A DNA stretch of 64,000 bases, taken from assembly GCA_039195135.1 (NCBI GenBank), contig JBCCVP010000010.1:1215-65214 (forward strand), read 5' to 3'. Below are positions 38,619 to 49,296 of the stretch, one piece after another. The stretch's first letter is position 1; every line of letters starts with the position of its first letter. This stretch comes from Pseudomonadota bacterium. Lineage in GTDB: Bacteria > Pseudomonadota > Gammaproteobacteria > Xanthomonadales > SZUA-38. The notes beneath the pieces are model-generated. The model was not told where the DNA came from, did not search any database, and saw only the letters and a program-made list of their open reading frames with translations. A program made the position numbers and the translations under genes.

Positions 38619-39353
38619 ATGCCCAAAAAAATCTGGGCCATTGCGGCCTTTCTGCTTGGACTTTTTGCGGCGGTATTCATGACGCTTCAGGGTCCGGGCT
38701 ACAAGATGGGCTGGTGGGAAGTGGGGTTTGTTTTTTTCAAAGCCCTCCCGGCGGTGGTCTACACCGGTCTCGCGGCGGCGGTGCTGGGCCTCATTGCCCT
38801 GATCGTGCGCTGGCGCACGGGCGCCGGTTCGGCGGTGCTGGCGGTGCTGGGTATCGTGCTGGCGCTGGGCGCCGCCAGCGTGCCGGTGGCGATCAGATCC
38901 AAAGCAGAGTCGCTCCCGCTGATCCACGACATCACCACCGACATCAACAACCCGCCGGCTTTTGTCGACGCGATCGCGGTGCGCGCCGATGCGCCCAACC
39001 CGCCGGACTACGCGGGCGCCGAGATTGCCGCGCAGCAGCGCGAAGCCTACCCGGATATTCAAACCATTCGCGTGCGCGAAGCTGCCGACACGGTGTTTGA
39101 AGCGGCCCGGGCGGTGGTGGAGGAGCTGGGCTGGGAGCCGATTGCGGCGAGCCCTGCGGACGGCCGCATCGAGGCTACCGAGGTGACCCCCTGGTTTGGT
39201 TTCTCCGATGACGTGGTGATCCGCATTGCGCCGGGCAGCGGGGTGACGCTGGTGGACGTGCGCTCAAAGTCCCGCGTGGGGCTCAGCGATCTGGGGGTAA
39301 ACGCCGATCGCATCCGCCGCTTCCGCGACGCGCTGCTCAAACGCCTGACCTGA
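38619..39353 (+). CDS. DUF1499 domain membrane protein
   Basis: Three TM helices, then IHDITTD, FGFSDDVVIRI and RSKSRVGLSDLGVNADRI. Confidence 0.9.
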   Translation: MPKKIWAIAAFLLGLFAAVFMTLQGPGYKMGWWEVGFVFFKALPAVVYTGLAAAVLGLIALIVRWRTGAGSAVLAVLGIVLALGAASVPVAIRSKAESLPLIHDITTDINNPPAFVDAIAVRADAPNPPDYAGAEIAAQQREAYPDIQTIRVREAADTVFEAARAVVEELGWEPIAASPADGRIEATEVTPWFGFSDDVVIRIAPGSGVTLVDVRSKSRVGLSDLGVNADRIRRFRDALLKRLT

Positions 39354-39367
39354 AGCCTGACGGGCCG

Positions 39368-42046
39368 CTAGGCGGCGATCTCGCAGGCGTTGGCCATGGC
39401 GTCCATCAGGGCGCGGTCGCCTTGCAGCGGACGGCTGATGGCATAACCCTGCACGTAGTCGCAGCCCAGCTTGCGCAGCGCCGCCACCTCCTCGGGCGTT
39501 TCCGCACCTTCCGCCACGGTTTCCATTTTGAGGTTGCGGGCCAGGTCCACCACCGCCCGCACAAAACCCTGCTGGGACTTGTTGCTGTCCACCGAGGTCA
39601 CAAACGAGCGGTCGATCTTGATACACGTGATCGGAAACTGCTGCAGGTAGCTCAGGGATGAGTAGCCGGTGCCGAAATCGTCCAGGGCCAGCGGGATACC
39701 CATGCTGCGCAGGGACTTAAGCTCCCGGGCAATTTTCTCCGCATCGTCCAGAAATACCGATTCGGTGATTTCGATTTCGATGGCCGAAGGGTCAATGCCG
39801 TAGCTGGCGCAGGTGTCCAGCACCAGTGAGGTCATGTCGCCGCTCAGCAGCTGGCGGCCCGATATATTGACCGCCAGGCGCTTCGGCCGCAGGTTTTTGG
39901 GCAGCGCCGATAGCGTACGGCAAGCTTCCCGCAGCACCCAGTTGCCCATCTCCACAATCAGCCCATGCTGCTCGGCTACGGGAATAAACTCGGCCGGCGA
40001 TACGCCGGATCCCGGCCACCGCAGCAGCGTCTCGGCACCATCGATTTTGCCGGTTTTGAGATTCAGCTGGGGCTGAAATGCCAGCGCGAGTTCGTTGTTG
40101 GCGATGGCGTCCCGCAGCCGATTGAAAATCTCCATGCGCCGCGCCACGTCGTCATTGATCTGCTGGGTGAAGAATGTCACCTTGCCCCGGCCCCGCTCTT
40201 TTGACTTGTACATGGCTGCGTCGGCGTTGCGTAGCAGCTCGCCTGCGGTCTCGCCGTCAGCGGGATACATGGCGATGCCGATACTCGCGTTGGGGTGGAT
40301 GCTGTTGTCATCCAGATCGATGGTCCGGGACAGGGACTCAAGAATGGACTCAGCCCGGCTGCTGGCCACCTCCGGCGTCGCACAGTCGTCCAGCATCAGC
40401 ACAAACTCGTCGCCGCCGAGGCGGGCCGCTGTGTCACTGCGGCGCACGTGGTTCACCAGCCGCTGGGACATTTTCTGAAGCATCTGGTCGCCGACCGAAT
40501 GGCCGAGCGAGTCGTTGACCAGCTTGAAGTTATCAAGGTCGATAAACAGCAGGGCGAAGGGCTGATCGAGGCCCCGGCGCCGCTGGCAGGCGGTGCGCAG
40601 GCGATCCTCCAGCAGCTGCCGATTGGGCAGGCCGGTGAGGGAATCGTAGTTTGCCTGCTGGAACAGCGTCTTTTCCTTTTCCGCCGCCGACAGGGCCACC
40701 GCCAGCCGGTCCCGCAGCTCCACCAGCTGGGAGCGGATGCTCAAGGAGTAGAGCTCCCGCTCGTCCACCCCCGCGGCGATAAACCCCATGTTCTGACCGT
40801 GCCAATCCACCGCGGTGATGATGCCGGCGGTGGCGCCAAGATCACGCATCGACTGCGTGTGAGGCCAGCGCGGCTCAACCACTACCGGCAGGCTGGCGGT
40901 TCTCAGCAGGTCCTGATCCAGCTCGCCAATCGGCTGCCGCCGCAGGGGCGAAATATAACCGTCGCTGGCCCGCGTGGACTGGGAGAGCATCATGCCGGGA
41001 TCAGACTTGTCGATCACGGCAACACAGAGATAGTCCGCGTCAATAAAGAGAAACGCCCGCCCCAGAATCAGATTGAGAATGGTCTCCACGCTTTCTGACT
41101 GCAGGATGAGGCGGTCGATTTCCGCATTGATGCGAAAGCGGCCCATTTCCATGTCCAGCTTGCCCATCATGGCGTTGAAGCTGGACCCGAGTTCAAAAAA
41201 CTCATCGCGGGTGTTGGTGACGGCAACCGGCTCGGAAAAGTCCGATTCCCCGGCCCGGTGCATGGCATCCATCAGCTTCTGCAGTGGCGCCAGCAGGCGG
41301 CGCAGGGTGACCACGGCGATCATCACCGCCACGATCAGCGCCAGCACCATCAGCGTCGGCAGGAAACCGCGCATGGCGGCGGCGCCGACAAAGTAGTCCA
41401 CCGGCCGGTGGGCGATGATGTGCCAGTTTTCGCCGCTGACCCGCGAAGAAAGAGGCAGTTCCCACTGGGCGACGTTGATTTTGGTTCCATCAAGGTTGAT
41501 CTGCTGCGTGTGCTGAGCGGTGGGTTCAAGATCAACCCGATCCAGCACCCGCCGGGAATTCACCGCCGGATCTACCGGATTGTTGCAGTAAATGACGGCC
41601 CCGCTGGTCAATGTGCGTACGCAAAACCCGGTGCGCGGGGGCAGGGCGGAGGTGGCGGCAAACAGCCAGGCGAGATCCAGGCGCACGGCGGTTTCCTTCT
41701 GGGCGCCGACCGTGCGCAGCCGGATACCGGAGTCGGTGGCCAGCACCTGCACGGCGACCTGCTCTTCGCTGAACGCTCCCTCGGGCATATCCCTGCCCGC
41801 CTTCGAATCGTCCGCGGCCGAGGACTCCACCACCAGCGCCTGGGCAATTTCCTCCAGCCGGTCGATGGCGAGCTGACCCTGCGCCAGCAGCGCGTCTTCC
41901 AGCTGTTGCTGGTCCTGCGCGCGGATAATCGAGGCGTAGTGACCCAGGGTGTAGACGGCAATGGTAGCCACCGGCACGGCAGCCACGACAAAAAACGCCA
42001 GGAACAGGCGTCGGCCCAAACGTGTTGGCAAGCTTGCCCGCAGCAC
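39368..42046 (-). CDS. Membrane-bound HAMP-GGDEF-EAL diguanylate cyclase/phosphodiesterase
   Basis: Two TM helices, HAMP, DSLTGLPNR, RRSD I-site with RLGGDEF, ETLLRW and DDFGTGYSSL. Confidence 0.93.
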   Translation of the reverse strand: MLRASLPTRLGRRLFLAFFVVAAVPVATIAVYTLGHYASIIRAQDQQQLEDALLAQGQLAIDRLEEIAQALVVESSAADDSKAGRDMPEGAFSEEQVAVQVLATDSGIRLRTVGAQKETAVRLDLAWLFAATSALPPRTGFCVRTLTSGAVIYCNNPVDPAVNSRRVLDRVDLEPTAQHTQQINLDGTKINVAQWELPLSSRVSGENWHIIAHRPVDYFVGAAAMRGFLPTLMVLALIVAVMIAVVTLRRLLAPLQKLMDAMHRAGESDFSEPVAVTNTRDEFFELGSSFNAMMGKLDMEMGRFRINAEIDRLILQSESVETILNLILGRAFLFIDADYLCVAVIDKSDPGMMLSQSTRASDGYISPLRRQPIGELDQDLLRTASLPVVVEPRWPHTQSMRDLGATAGIITAVDWHGQNMGFIAAGVDERELYSLSIRSQLVELRDRLAVALSAAEKEKTLFQQANYDSLTGLPNRQLLEDRLRTACQRRRGLDQPFALLFIDLDNFKLVNDSLGHSVGDQMLQKMSQRLVNHVRRSDTAARLGGDEFVLMLDDCATPEVASSRAESILESLSRTIDLDDNSIHPNASIGIAMYPADGETAGELLRNADAAMYKSKERGRGKVTFFTQQINDDVARRMEIFNRLRDAIANNELALAFQPQLNLKTGKIDGAETLLRWPGSGVSPAEFIPVAEQHGLIVEMGNWVLREACRTLSALPKNLRPKRLAVNISGRQLLSGDMTSLVLDTCASYGIDPSAIEIEITESVFLDDAEKIARELKSLRSMGIPLALDDFGTGYSSLSYLQQFPITCIKIDRSFVTSVDSNKSQQGFVRAVVDLARNLKMETVAEGAETPEEVAALRKLGCDYVQGYAISRPLQGDRALMDAMANACEIAA

Positions 42047-42247
42047 GTCAGCAGTTCCGGTGTCTCGCTGCGTGGCCCCGCGGGAGCCGTGCGATCAGGG
42101 TTCGCGGTCCTTGTTGCATCCCCAGTTTCCAATCCGTGGCAGCTTTGACTATGCCACGGGGCGGGGCCTAATCCGGGTGTCCTGTTACCAAATTTACGAT
42201 CTGTTGCAACGGTTTACAGATCGGTTTGGAACCACTTTGGGGGCTGT

Positions 42248-43141
42248 TCAGGGATTCTCGGCCGCCACCAGGGCCAGCAAACGACCGCTGGCGCTGGCGG
42301 CCAGCCGGCTGATCGCACCGAGTTTGAACGGTGCAAGATCAATCACCAGCCGCCAGCTTGAGCGGTCCGGTTCCCAGACGTGGACCTCGGTGCCGCTGGC
42401 CATCCAAAGGCTGCCGTTGCCGTCCACGGCAAAGTCTTCCCGCTCTGGCAGCACCGGGGCAATCATGCGCGACGCATCGATCGCGTAGTCATAGCTTTTG
42501 ATGACCCAGCGCCGGGGATCTGCACCCTTGTCCACGTAGGCCACCTGGGTGGTGCCGGGCACCGAGACCAGCGCCCGACCGATATTTTCTGCAATCGGAA
42601 CGGGAACCCCGGCGGGGCCGGCCAGCTGCAGCGTCGGCGGCTCTCCGAGCACAAACAGCAGCGCAATGCGAGGCGCGGCCCAGGCGTGGTAGCCCACCGG
42701 CTCGATGTTTTCGAAAATCACCGACGGTTCCTGACCGTCCAGGGGCACGCGCCACAGCCGCTGGCGCTGGTCACCTTCCACCCGCACCACCGACAGCGCG
42801 TTCTGCCGCGGCAGCAGGGTGGGGGAGTAGTCGCTTTCCACCGAATCGAGCACCACCTTGGTTTCGGCTGACTCAAGCTCGTAGCGCATGATGTTGGCGC
42901 GGCTGCCACGAATCCGGGTGAAGAACACCGCGTCTTCTTCGCGGCTGAAATGGGGCTGGTTGTCGTAACCTGGCGTATCGGTGATGCGCACCAGTTCCGT
43001 GCGGCCGTCCGCGAGTGCTTCGAGATTGAGCAGATAGATATCGGTGGCGGTCTGCGCCTGGGCCTCGCCGGCAAGGGTCAGCGAAATCAGGGTGAGCAGC
43101 AGGGCCGAAAGCTGGGTCAGGCAGCGAACACCTGAGGTCAT
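42248..43141 (-). CDS. Exported TolB/PD40-like beta-propeller protein
   Basis: Signal peptide, GYDNQPHFS, DYSPT and PVGYHAW. Coupled to the rnd stop. Confidence 0.75.
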   Translation of the reverse strand: MTSGVRCLTQLSALLLTLISLTLAGEAQAQTATDIYLLNLEALADGRTELVRITDTPGYDNQPHFSREEDAVFFTRIRGSRANIMRYELESAETKVVLDSVESDYSPTLLPRQNALSVVRVEGDQRQRLWRVPLDGQEPSVIFENIEPVGYHAWAAPRIALLFVLGEPPTLQLAGPAGVPVPIAENIGRALVSVPGTTQVAYVDKGADPRRWVIKSYDYAIDASRMIAPVLPEREDFAVDGNGSLWMASGTEVHVWEPDRSSWRLVIDLAPFKLGAISRLAASASGRLLALVAAENP

Positions 43142-44274
43142 AAAGCATTCTCCGTGAGCAGCGGTTCAAACAGCGGCGCCAGCCTCCGGTAGCGCCAGCC
43201 ATCCAGCCTGGGCGACGGTCGGCCCTGCTGCAGCAGCGTGAGCAGCTCCCGCTTGCCGCACAGCACCTCTGGCGCAATGCCCAGCCGGGTCGCCTCCTCG
43301 GCAATCACGTCGCGCAGAGCCTTGATCAGCGTTTTGTGCGTCCGGTCCAGGGGCTCCGGCGGCGCTGCGGGAGGCTCCGCTTCCCGGGCCGCTGCCACCG
43401 TGGCCACGATGCCGCGGCTCCAGCGGGCGATGCTTCGCTTGTGCCGCAGATCCAGTGCCAGTAGCGCTTCTTTGTCCGACGGCAATTCCCGGGAAATCTT
43501 AAGCAGATCGTCGTCCAGCGCGATGTGGTTGCGCGGGCGATCCCGTTCCCGGGCCGTGTTTTCGCGCCAGCCCAGCAGTTGGCGCAGCGCCGATCGCTGT
43601 GCCGCCTTGAGCTTCCAGGCGTATTTGAAGCGGCGGTACTGCTCGTCCAGCAGCGCGTTCAGCGGGGTGCGGGACACCAGGTGATCGCAGTCTTCCTGCA
43701 CCCACGCGAGGCGCTCGAGCGAGGCAAGCCGCTCGCTCAGCTGGCTGTGCAGCGCCTCCAGATGGACCACGTCCAGCGCCGCGTAGCGGATCTGAGCGTC
43801 GCTCAGCGGCCGCTTCGTCCAGTCGGAGCGGGTCACGTCTTTCTCAATTTCAATGCCGCACAGCGTGTCCACCAGCGCCTGATAGCTGAGGCTGGGGCCT
43901 AGGCCGCAGAGGGCGGCGGCGACCTGCGTATCAAAAAAGCCCTGGAGCGTTTCGTCCCCCAGGCGGTTGAAGATCTCCACGTCCTCCGATCCGCTGTGGA
44001 TGATCTTGATCGGGGTTTGCGCGGCCAGGATCTGGCTGAACGGGGCATAGTCCCGCACCGTTGGCGCATCCACAAACCAGACCCGGTCCTCCGCACCGAC
44101 CTGGATCAGGCCCAGCCGGGCGTGAAAAGTTCGGGTGCGGACAAATTCGGTATCCAGGCCGATGGCGGGCAGGGTCGCCCAGTACCGGCAGGCTTCGGCG
44201 AGCGCTGCGTCGTCGCTGAGCCAGTGTACGTCAGGTGCAGACAGGGCGGTCTCGGGCGGTGGGAAAAGCGCCAT
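43138..44274 (-). CDS. rnd: Ribonuclease D
   Basis: LDTEFVRTRTF, HSGSED, FDTQVAA, SDWTKRPLS, YAALDV and an HRDC region. Start approximate. Confidence 0.93.
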   Translation of the reverse strand: MALFPPPETALSAPDVHWLSDDAALAEACRYWATLPAIGLDTEFVRTRTFHARLGLIQVGAEDRVWFVDAPTVRDYAPFSQILAAQTPIKIIHSGSEDVEIFNRLGDETLQGFFDTQVAAALCGLGPSLSYQALVDTLCGIEIEKDVTRSDWTKRPLSDAQIRYAALDVVHLEALHSQLSERLASLERLAWVQEDCDHLVSRTPLNALLDEQYRRFKYAWKLKAAQRSALRQLLGWRENTARERDRPRNHIALDDDLLKISRELPSDKEALLALDLRHKRSIARWSRGIVATVAAAREAEPPAAPPEPLDRTHKTLIKALRDVIAEEATRLGIAPEVLCGKRELLTLLQQGRPSPRLDGWRYRRLAPLFEPLLTENAL

Positions 44275-44344
44275 AATACCCGAATTGGACAGGGTCCGGG
44301 CGAGGCCCCGGACATGGCCGGAGCCACTTGCGTCGGGCAGGGTC

Positions 44345-46309
44345 ATGACCTATTTTCGGGGGGTTGCTGAGGACGCAGCTGTCCACCAATTCATGGATCA
44401 GACCCCCACACTCCAGGACGTTTCCTACAAAAAGCTCCGCCTCGTCGTGCTCCTTGCCGGCGTGGCGCTGCTGGCTGTGGGCGTCATTGCGCTGCGGCGG
44501 CCGGCGGATGCGCCGGCGCCGACGCCGGTGGACGGGACGCAGGTGGCGGATGCGGGGCCGGAGCAGGACCCGCTGCCCGTCGGGCCGGACGAATTTGACC
44601 CCGCCGCCTGGCGCTCGGGAAATAATCCCTCCACGCAAACCGTGGCCGACGTGGAGCAGGAACTGGCGCTGGCGGACGCCGCCCTCGAAGCGGGACAGCT
44701 GGTTGGCGACGGTGACGACAATGCGCTGGCTCGCTACGCCGCGATTGTGCGCGCCAACCCCGACCACATCGCGGCCCAGGAGGGGCTGGACGCGGTGGTG
44801 GCGCGGCTCCTGCCGCAGCTGGAGCAGCACACCCGGCAGCGGCAGATTCGCGCCGGTACGGCCCTGTATCAGGCGCTGCGCCGCGCTGGCGTTGACGATC
44901 CGGCGCTGACGTCGCTTGGTGATCGGCTGGAAACGCTGGAAAAAAGTGCCGAGCTGGTGGCCATGGCGGACGCGGACATTCAGGCCGGGCGGTTGATTAC
45001 GCCAGCCGGCCGCAGCGCCCTGGATCGGCTGCGCCGGGCCGCCGCGATGGATCCCAGCAGCGTGGCCCTCACGGACCGGCTGGTGGCCCTGGAGCGGCGC
45101 CTGGTGGACGAAGCGCTGGCAGCGGCCCGGGGGATGAACTTTGCCCGGGCCCAGAATCTCATTGAAGCGGCAGGCCGGGCCCGGGGCGGCTCCTCCGCCG
45201 TCAGCTTTGCCGCTCAGCAGATTCGCGAGTTTCGCGAGGCGCAGATCGATCAGACCATGGCGGAGGCGCGACTGGCGATGCGCGACAGCCGGTTTGGCGC
45301 CGCGGAACAGGCGATTGAAGCGGTGCGCGGCCTGGGGGGAGAGAGTGACCTCATCGCAGGCCTCGACGAGGAGCTGCGGCTTAGCCGCATCTATAACGTG
45401 TTCCGGCCCGGAGAGACGTTTCAGGATAGCCTGGCCGACGGCGGCGACGGACCGGTCATGGTGGTGATTCCCCACGGGTCCTTCCGGATGGGGGCCGACG
45501 TATCCGACAGCGACCGGCGCACCTTTGAGCTGCCGGTGCACCGAGTCACCTTTCAGCGCGGTTTCGCCCTGGGCCAGCATGAGGTCAGCGTGGAGCAGTT
45601 TGCCCGGTTCATCGCCGATTCGGGCTACGAGACTACGGCGGAAAGTGAAGGCCTGTCGTACGCCTACAGCGAAACCACCGGCCGCGTGGGGCGGCGTCGC
45701 AACACCACCTGGCGCAACAGCTACAACGGCCGCGATGCGGACCCGGCGGATCCGGTGCTGCACGTGAGCTGGCGCGACGCCCGGGCCTACGCGGCCTGGC
45801 TGTCGGAACAGACCGGTCGCTCCTACCGCCTGCCGACGGAGGCGGAGTTTGAATACGCCGCGCGCGGCGGGCGCCAGTCGCGCTACTGGTGGGGTAGCGG
45901 CGCGCCGACGCGGGCGGTGGAAAACCTCACCGGCGAGGGAGATCTGTCCGCGCGCCGGCGCAGCTGGAGCGCATCCTTCGAGGGGTATAAAGACGGATTC
46001 TGGGGGCCAGCGCCGGTGGCCAGCCTGAGCACAAACCCCTACGGGCTGCATGACATGGCGGGGAACGTGATGGAGTGGGTGGCGGACTGCTGGCACGACA
46101 GCTACGTGCGCGCGCCGAACGACGGTTCGGCGTGGGTAAATCGGGGCTGTGAGCAGCGGGTGGTCCGCGGCGCCTTCTGGGGCGGTCCGCCGGAATCGGC
46201 CCGGGTGAGCGGGCGCCTGGGATTTGCTACCGCCACCCGAGGGGCGGCGATCGGTTTTCGGGTGGCGCGGGATCTGGTGGTGCCGCCGGCGCAGGTCGCA
46301 AACCGCTAG
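44345..46309 (+). CDS. Membrane-anchored SUMF1/FGE-sulfatase domain protein with an N-terminal helical repeat region
   Basis: TM anchor, GSFRMG, RLPTEAEFEYAAR, GLHDMAGNVMEW and IGFRVAR. Start at 44345 or 44393. Confidence 0.88.
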   Translation: MTYFRGVAEDAAVHQFMDQTPTLQDVSYKKLRLVVLLAGVALLAVGVIALRRPADAPAPTPVDGTQVADAGPEQDPLPVGPDEFDPAAWRSGNNPSTQTVADVEQELALADAALEAGQLVGDGDDNALARYAAIVRANPDHIAAQEGLDAVVARLLPQLEQHTRQRQIRAGTALYQALRRAGVDDPALTSLGDRLETLEKSAELVAMADADIQAGRLITPAGRSALDRLRRAAAMDPSSVALTDRLVALERRLVDEALAAARGMNFARAQNLIEAAGRARGGSSAVSFAAQQIREFREAQIDQTMAEARLAMRDSRFGAAEQAIEAVRGLGGESDLIAGLDEELRLSRIYNVFRPGETFQDSLADGGDGPVMVVIPHGSFRMGADVSDSDRRTFELPVHRVTFQRGFALGQHEVSVEQFARFIADSGYETTAESEGLSYAYSETTGRVGRRRNTTWRNSYNGRDADPADPVLHVSWRDARAYAAWLSEQTGRSYRLPTEAEFEYAARGGRQSRYWWGSGAPTRAVENLTGEGDLSARRRSWSASFEGYKDGFWGPAPVASLSTNPYGLHDMAGNVMEWVADCWHDSYVRAPNDGSAWVNRGCEQRVVRGAFWGGPPESARVSGRLGFATATRGAAIGFRVARDLVVPPAQVANR

Positions 46310-46380
46310 CGCCGGACCCGTGCCTGGCTCAAAACTGAGCCGGGCGCCAATGCCTGGCGCTCCGGACTAGATCGCGCCGG

Positions 46381-46719
46381 TCAGTTGCCGGCGCAGTTGG
46401 CGCCCGACAGACACTTCTGAGGTCCGAACCGCCGGTAATATTCTTCCTGGGTCCGTTCCGCGATCTTCTTTTCTTCTTCCGAGGTATAGCAAAGGCGCGT
46501 CACCATATGGGTGCCGGTGATCCGGATCCGCTGGCAGCGCACGTTTTTCTTCTCGCGAATGTCCAGTTCCCCACCCGCTTCGTCCACCATGGCCAGCACC
46601 TGGTCCGAAACGATGGTTTTTTCACCCTCGTTCATCGGCCGCTCGTGTTTGGCCATGCAGGCAGTCAGCGCCGCAGCGGCAAGTATCGTCATCGCTCTGG
46701 TGATTGGTTTGGGATTCAT
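46381..46719 (-). CDS. Small lipoprotein of unknown function
   Basis: Lipobox ALTAC, CxxxxxTGxxxxxxxC motif and two more C-terminal Cys. Confidence 0.7.
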   Translation of the reverse strand: MNPKPITRAMTILAAAALTACMAKHERPMNEGEKTIVSDQVLAMVDEAGGELDIREKKNVRCQRIRITGTHMVTRLCYTSEEEKKIAERTQEEYYRRFGPQKCLSGANCAGN

Positions 46720-46866
46720 CGATTGGCACTCTCTCAGGTTCTTCCCGTCAATAAGGCTCATAGAAGTCCGGGAGGGCGCGCAGTCGTCGGTGCAGAACAC
46801 AGCGGCAGCGAGTAAAGTGGCCCGGACTCCCCGGGACCCCTCCCTACGAGCATTTTCGTAAGACTA

Positions 46867-47706
46867 GTGGATAACCGCAATTTGAGCAACAAACCGCCGT
46901 CTGCTGAGCAGGTCGCCGCCTTTCACGAGCAGGGCTGGGCGATTCTGCCGGGTTTTGCCGACGCTGCCGCGCTTGGCGAGCTGCGCGAGCAGATGGGTAA
47001 GCTGCTGGGGGCTTTTGAGCCCAGCGACCACCCGAGCCTGTTTCACGCCAACAACGGCGCCAGCAGCGACGCCTACTTTCTTGAGTCCGGCAACCAGATT
47101 CGCTTTTTCCTCGAGCCGGACGCGGTGGATGCCAAGGGCCAACTGACGGTCGCCCGGGAGCAGTCGGTGAACAAGGCGGGCCATGCGCTGCACACCCTGG
47201 ACCCGGTGTTTCGCCGGTTCTGCGCGTCTTCGCACCTTAAGCAGGTAGCCGCCGCCTTCGGCCAGCGCGAACCCCGAGCACTGCAGAGCATGTACCTGTT
47301 CAAACAGCCGCGCATCGGCGCGGACGTGGCGCTGCATCAGGACGCCACTTTTCTGTATACCGATCCGGTGAGCGTGCTTGGGCTGTGGCTGGCGCTTGAT
47401 GACGCGGATGAGTCCAACGGCTGCCTCTGGGCGCTGCCGGGAGGGCACCGGCTGGGACTGAAAAGGCGCCTGCGCCGTGACGGGGCCGCCAGCACGCGGA
47501 TGGAGATTCTCGACCCGACGCCGTTTCCCGAAAGGGGCCTGACGCCGCTGCCGGTCACCGCCGGTTCGCTGGTGGTGCTGCACGGTCTGCTGCCGCACCT
47601 GAGCCGGCCGAACCGCTCCGGTCGGCCCCGGCATGCCTTCAGCGTGCACTACATTGACGAGGCCTGCCGCTATCCGGAAGACAACTGGCTGCGGCCGACG
47701 GGCTGA
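46867..47706 (+). CDS. Phytanoyl-CoA dioxygenase family protein (PHYHD1-like)
   Basis: NKAGHALH, QSMYLFKQPRIG, HQD, LPHLS and RHAFSVH. Confidence 0.92.
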   Translation: MDNRNLSNKPPSAEQVAAFHEQGWAILPGFADAAALGELREQMGKLLGAFEPSDHPSLFHANNGASSDAYFLESGNQIRFFLEPDAVDAKGQLTVAREQSVNKAGHALHTLDPVFRRFCASSHLKQVAAAFGQREPRALQSMYLFKQPRIGADVALHQDATFLYTDPVSVLGLWLALDDADESNGCLWALPGGHRLGLKRRLRRDGAASTRMEILDPTPFPERGLTPLPVTAGSLVVLHGLLPHLSRPNRSGRPRHAFSVHYIDEACRYPEDNWLRPTG

Positions 47707-47730
47707 GAGCCCGTCGACCCGGTGATCTGA

Positions 47731-49164
47731 TCAGGCCACCTGCGGCACAAATACCGCCTTGACCTCTAGGAATTCCCGCAGGCCGTGTTCTCCCCATTCG
47801 CGCCCGTTGCCGGACTGCTTGTAGCCGCCAAACGGCGCGCCGAAGTCGCCTTGAGATCCGTTAATGTGAATATTGCCGGCCCGCAGCCGGGCGGCGACAC
47901 GCATGGCCCGGTCCGTGTCGCTGGAGCTCACGTAGCCGGACAGGCCGTAGGGCGTATCGTTCGCCAGGGCAACCGCCTCGTCCTCATCGCGGTAGGGGAT
48001 GATGCTGAGCACCGGCCCGAAGATCTCCTCCCGGGCGATGGTCATATCGTTGCGCACGCGGCCGAATACAGTGGGCTTGACGTAGTAGCCCTGGTCGAGG
48101 CCGTCCGGGCGTCCGGTGCCGCCGCAGGCCAGCTGCGCGCCCTCGTCAATCCCCTGCTGAATCAGAGACTGAATCTTGTCCCACTGGACCTGGCTGACAA
48201 CCGGTCCCAGGGTGGTGCCTTGCGCCGTTGGATCACCCGGGCGCGCCCGCTCCGCTGCCTGGCAGGCGATGGCTACCGCCTCATCATGCAGCGCCTCGGG
48301 CACCAGCATGCGGCTTGGCGCGTTGCAGTTCTGGCCGCTGTTGAGCAGCATTCTTCCCATGCCGTCGCCCACGGCCTGCTTCAGGTCCGCGTCGTCGAGA
48401 ATGATATTGGCCGACTTTCCGCCCAGTTCCTGAGACACCCGCTTGACCGTCGCCGCTGCGCTCTGGGCCACCGCCACGCCGGCGCGGGTGGAACCGGTAA
48501 AGGACATCATGTCCACATCGGGATGGGTGGACAGGGGCGCTCCCGCGCCGGGACCGTCGCCGTTGACGAGATTGAACACGCCGGCGGGCACGCCGGCTTC
48601 GTGCAGGATCTCGGTGATGATGATGGCGTTGAGCGGCGCCACCTCACTGGGTTTTAGCACCATGGTGCAGCCCGCGGCCAGCGCCGGCGCAACCTTGGCT
48701 CCGATCTGGTTGACCGGCCAGTTCCAGGGCGTAATCAGGCCGCAGATGCCGATCGGCTCCTGGCGCAGCACGTAGCCACCGCTGCTGTGCTCTTCAAACG
48801 CGTAGGACTTAAGCACGTCCGCCATGTGGCCGAAGTGGCCGTAGCCCGATCCGGCCTGCGCCCGCTCGGCCAGCTTTTGCGGGGCGCCCATTTCCTGACT
48901 GAGCACGGCGGCGATATCGCCAAAGCGCTTTTTGTATTCGGCCTTGATCGATGCAAGGAGCTCCTGGCGCTCGGCCGGCGTGGTCACGCTGTAGCTTTCA
49001 AACGCCGCCTTGGCAGCGGCTACGGCGCGATCGATATCCTCCGCCTGACCGGCGGCCACCGAGGCAAAGGCAGCCTCCGTGTGAGGATTGATAACGTCGA
49101 TGGTCTGGGAGCTGCTGGGTTCGACCCAGGCGCCGTTGATGTAAAACTTGAGATGTTGTTGCAT
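47731..49164 (-). CDS. Aldehyde dehydrogenase
   Basis: ITPWNWP, KPSE, FTGS, ELGGKS, GQNC and EEIFGP. Confidence 0.96.
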   Translation of the reverse strand: MQQHLKFYINGAWVEPSSSQTIDVINPHTEAAFASVAAGQAEDIDRAVAAAKAAFESYSVTTPAERQELLASIKAEYKKRFGDIAAVLSQEMGAPQKLAERAQAGSGYGHFGHMADVLKSYAFEEHSSGGYVLRQEPIGICGLITPWNWPVNQIGAKVAPALAAGCTMVLKPSEVAPLNAIIITEILHEAGVPAGVFNLVNGDGPGAGAPLSTHPDVDMMSFTGSTRAGVAVAQSAAATVKRVSQELGGKSANIILDDADLKQAVGDGMGRMLLNSGQNCNAPSRMLVPEALHDEAVAIACQAAERARPGDPTAQGTTLGPVVSQVQWDKIQSLIQQGIDEGAQLACGGTGRPDGLDQGYYVKPTVFGRVRNDMTIAREEIFGPVLSIIPYRDEDEAVALANDTPYGLSGYVSSSDTDRAMRVAARLRAGNIHINGSQGDFGAPFGGYKQSGNGREWGEHGLREFLEVKAVFVPQVA

Positions 49165-49296
49165 GGGAGTGGATTTCCTGAGAGCCGCTGTCGCTATTTT
49201 AGCCGCTTCGGTGTCCCGCCGGGGGGTGCTGTGACGCCCGCCGGCCGCTCAGTTAAACTGCCCGCCGAAACGGCCGCTACCTGAGTTACCTGAGCC

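Noticed and set aside
28264-43375. Identical 22-bp string ctccggcggcgctgcgggaggc in tamB (28264-28285) and rnd (43354-43375)
   Set aside because: Both copies encode a low-complexity PPAAPPE linker in GC-rich DNA; there are only two copies and no element-like structure, so chance or convergence is likely.
46322-46347. Hairpin gcctggctca-aaac-tgagccgggc between convergent genes
   Set aside because: No T-tract on either strand and no second copy seen; insufficient support to call a terminator or repeat.
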